From Heptranchias perlo (Eukaryota), in contig NC_090336.1 of assembly GCF_035084215.1 (NCBI RefSeq), positions 29,450,001 to 29,514,000 on the forward strand: 64,000 nt of DNA. The letters run 5' to 3'. Below are positions 61,001-64,000 of the stretch, in pieces. Position 1 is the first letter of the stretch. Each line of letters begins with the position of its first letter. A program made the position numbers and the translations under genes. A model generated the notes under the pieces. It was not told where the DNA came from. It saw only the letters and a list, made by a program, of their open reading frames with translations, and searched no databases.

Positions 61001-62917
61001 CCTCCCTATGGTACCTCACGTGAGCTTTGACAACTAACCCAAATCTTTACCACACCTTACATTACATATATCCATTTCCAGCAGTGGTCACTGAATAGCA
61101 ATCAGGAGCAAGAGCTGATTTGTCTCAGATCTTTCACTCAAGGAATTCAAAAAATGTTCACTGCGTAATCAGTGGATTGGTTTTTGCTCATTACACTATT
61201 GCCCCAAAATTAAATGAAAATAGGAAATGATAGCAGAAAATCCCATATTGGGGAACATAGTACGGTTGTGTGGGATAGTTTAATGGTAAAATGGAATCTT
61301 TATTACTAAATTTGGAGTGTTAACAGCAAAGAGACTGTATAGTCCACCTGGATCACTGCCACGGTTAGGATGCAGATGGAGGTGCAGGAGTCTGTTATCA
61401 TACATACTGACCTACAAAACTCAAAACCAGGTGAACAGCTTCAGAAAAAGGTAACATGCCCCCCCACCAAAAATGCTGAAAACTCAAAACAACCCTGAAT
61501 ATAGACCTATGACTGATGCCAATGTATTAAAGTGACTACTACTACTAAATTCTCACCCATTTACTCCATTGTTGTCAGTTCTGAACTAGCCTGGCCACTT
61601 TAGTCATCTGTATCTGTGACAAGTCACAGTTCTTGAAACAGGAAAAGGCATTTGGTTCAACAAACCCAGGCCTTTTTGGTTGAACTTGCCAGTGATTTTG
61701 AGGACAATACTTGGCTATTTTTGTTTCCATCTAAACACTTACTACTTGTTTTGATACCAAAGAAACAACCACGCCTCCCTTCAAAATAAGCAGTTAAAAA
61801 AAAAGTATAGAAAAAATAAAAATTTAAAAAATACAAAACAGCCTCTGCTCCTTTGCACATGGAACTTATCTTTACATTCATTTCAGGTGGGCAATCCCAT
61901 CCTAAATGGAATGGAAATCGTGCTAGGCCATAATTACATCAATTTTAATACATTTAGTGAGGGGGCAATTTAAGCTGGTTTGCAAATCACTTGGGGATCT
62001 GGAAAAAGGAATTCCCATTCAATTTCACAGACCTCGTTTAGTGCCAACGGGAACTGATCCCACCAACTGGGAATTTCCCTTTCTGAATAGATACCAAATG
62101 GGGTATCGGAATTGGTAAAAACAGAGAGTGAGTGGCTGGTACCTGATGGAACTCAAATTTCTGGGCCTGGAGCTGGTCTTGTTGAAGCTGCAGCTCTTCA
62201 CGCTGTTTCAACAGATCATCCGATTTCATCCTCAGTTCATGCTCCTGCTCAGACAGTCGCCTCTCGAATTCCTGCAGCTCATCTTCTGAATAAAGTTCCT
62301 GCTCATCTAGAGTCTGCAGAACAAGACATGACAAAAGCACAGGGAAGTCAAATTAGCAAGCATCTCTAACCTAGGAGTAGTTACTTGTTATGGGAGGGGA
62401 AAAGTTAAGCTATTACTAATTATTATTTTGAATTACACTTTCTGAAATCAAACCCGGGCACAATTGCTGGCACATTTAAAATAATGAAGCAAAATGGTGG
62501 CAGCAAATACAAAGCCTGTCTCTGTCTGGGCTCATCTGTAACAAAAAAGGTTTAAGAAGCCAAGAGATCAAGCAGTAGCACTTCCACCCTGCTGTATTCT
62601 CCAACAGTCTGCTCCTTCCCTGAGACTGGCAGTAACACCTTACCTCTAGCAAAGAGCATGAAGGGAAAATGAAAACTGGGCTATAGCTCAAATGTTAGAC
62701 ATACAGAAAATAGAACTTCTAACTACAGTGGTATCACATTTCCATTCAAACAATGAAAAAGTGCTGCACTGTCACCCCCCCCGACTTTACACAGATCTTT
62801 TGCCATTTGTGTCACATGACTCCTCACCTCCCAATTTTCTGCATCCACAAACTCTTTCTTTTCTGAAGCTTTTAGAAATTCATCAGCAGATATCAAGCGG
62901 TCCTTGTTGGTATCAAT
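58016..62917 (-). CDS. NUCB2: Nucleobindin-2, last four coding exons: 62917-62828, 62313-62143, 59508-59424, 58128-58016 (5' part lies outside the window)
   Basis: EF-hand IDTNKDRLISADEFLKASEKKEF..ENWE; coiled coil TLDEQELYSEDELQEFE...QLQAQKFEFHQ; AVQHLEQKKQ...PPAGPNGELQFHQ; terminal DTEQAAPPG...DRPHQ*. GT-AG introns with phases 0,0,1. From recalled human sequences it is closer to NUCB2 (DTNKDRL, TLDQQ, PSGPAGELKF) than to NUCB1. Confidence 0.9.
58436..59170 (-). mobile_element. CR1/HER1-like LINE 3' end in the last NUCB2 intron
   Basis: EVMLQLHRALVRPHLECCVQSW...GDLIEVF followed by the CR1 tail. Confidence 0.88.
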
Positions 62918-62967
62918 CTGGAAAGGACATGAATTTGTGCAATATGTATAGTTTAGCACGTGTTAAA

Positions 62968-64000
62968 TACAACTACAACTTGCATTTATATAGTACCTTT
63001 AGCATTTAAAAAATACCTACCAAAGGGTACAGGAGAAAAATTTTAAAAAGGAACAGATGCTGAACCATGGTGGGAGAGTTAAGAGAGGTGAACAAAAGTT
63101 TATTTGTTTGAGAAGTTGGGTTTTAAGAAGGCTTTTAATGACAGGAAGTAGTGAGGCAAAGTTCCAGAAAGTGGGGCCAAGCAGCTGAAGGCTCCGTCAC
63201 CAAAGGTGGGAGGGAAGGCTTACACAGAAATCCAGAGCTGGAGACCAGAACAGCAGGAGGGGACACAAGGCTGGAGAAGGTTGCCAAGATAGGCCGAGGT
63301 AAGGACATTAACTATTTGAAGATCAGGCCCATTGAGTTTAAATTCAGTGCATTGAGAGCAGTGTAAATCAGCGAGGATGGGGTAATGATTGAGCAGAACC
63401 AAGTCAGGTCAAGGTATGTAACTGAATTTTGAACGATTTGGAGCTTATTATAAAGTGGAGGCCAGCGACAAGAGCAATGAAGAAATCAAGTCTAGAGGCA
63501 ACAAGAGCATGGATAAAGATTTAAGTGACAGTAGGGATGAGGTAGGGCTAGAGGCAGGTGATGTACAAGAGGGGGAAGTAAGGATTTTGGTGAATAGAAC
63601 CTGGGAGTTTAGAACTCAACCCTGGGTTAAATAACGTTTAACAAAATCAGTGACATGGGAATGGAGTTTACAACAGGGGCTTAAAACAATGGCTTCGGTG
63701 TTCCCGACATTCAGTTGGAGGAAATTCTGACTGACACATGAGCACAGAGATGGTCATGGGATCAAGGGAAGTGGCGGGTAGCTAGATCTGGGCATTGTCA
63801 GCATGGCAACTGATCCCTGTGAATCATGTCATCATAGGGCAGCAGGTAGATGAAGAGAAAGAGGAGGCAGCAATGCCAGCAGCCAAGGATAGGTCCTTGG
63901 TACACCACAGAAATCATACAGGGGTGGGAAGAGAAGCCTTTGCTGGAGATGCAATGGCTCTGTTTGGACAGGTAGCAGTGGAACCATGCAAGAGCAACTC
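62968..64000 (-). mobile_element. Old L2 LINE 3' portion in a NUCB2 intron
   Basis: acaacttgcatttatatagtacctttag tail, and gtctagagg..acaa.agcatggataag, similar to the reverse complement of 37600-38570. Confidence 0.75.

Noticed and set aside
58016-62917. Assignment as NUCB1
   Set aside because: EF-hand and coiled-coil residues (DTNKDRL, EKKEF, TLD.Q, GP.GEL.F) fit NUCB2 better from memory. A phylogeny would settle it.
1-64000. CRISPR array, retron or other prokaryotic system
   Set aside because: No regularly spaced repeat-spacer array or operon structure. All RT and nuclease motifs belong to eukaryotic retroelements or DNA transposons.

Overview
This is repeat-rich vertebrate genomic DNA, most likely from a cartilaginous fish. 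That is inferred from HE1/HER1-type CR1 tails, Deu-domain SINEs and the Penelope/Harbinger content. Host genes read by hand from splice sites are: (1) an isolated Ig C1-set exon at 9581-9886 (+) and an orphan signal-peptide exon at 17827-17905 (+), which suggest an NCR3LG1/B7-H6-like or multi-C1 IgSF neighbourhood; (2) a complete 7-coding-exon, 319-aa IPNS-like 2-oxoglutarate/Fe(II) dioxygenase at 39410-52474 (+) with intact HxD...H and RxS motifs, a probable CRE/ETS/NRF1 promoter near 36.2-36.4 kb, and a frameshifted relic of a paralogous last exon at 23085-23257; (3) the last four coding exons of nucleobindin-2 at 62917-58016 (-), converging on the dioxygenase. Most of the remainder is transposon-derived: a non-coding LTR element with a second PBS after its 3' LTR, at least five PIF/Harbinger elements (Myb/SANT plus HARBI1-like transposase), CR1-group LINEs, L2, Tx1/L1, a Penelope GIY-YIG element and SINEs. 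The most unusual signals are a perfect 51-bp palindrome enclosing a hammerhead ribozyme and carrying AATAAA on both strands between the two convergent genes, and a LINE whose ORF2 sits directly behind a tRNA-derived Pol III head. Nearly all ORFs in the supplied track are repeat-derived or spurious. No prokaryotic-type system (CRISPR, operon) is present.
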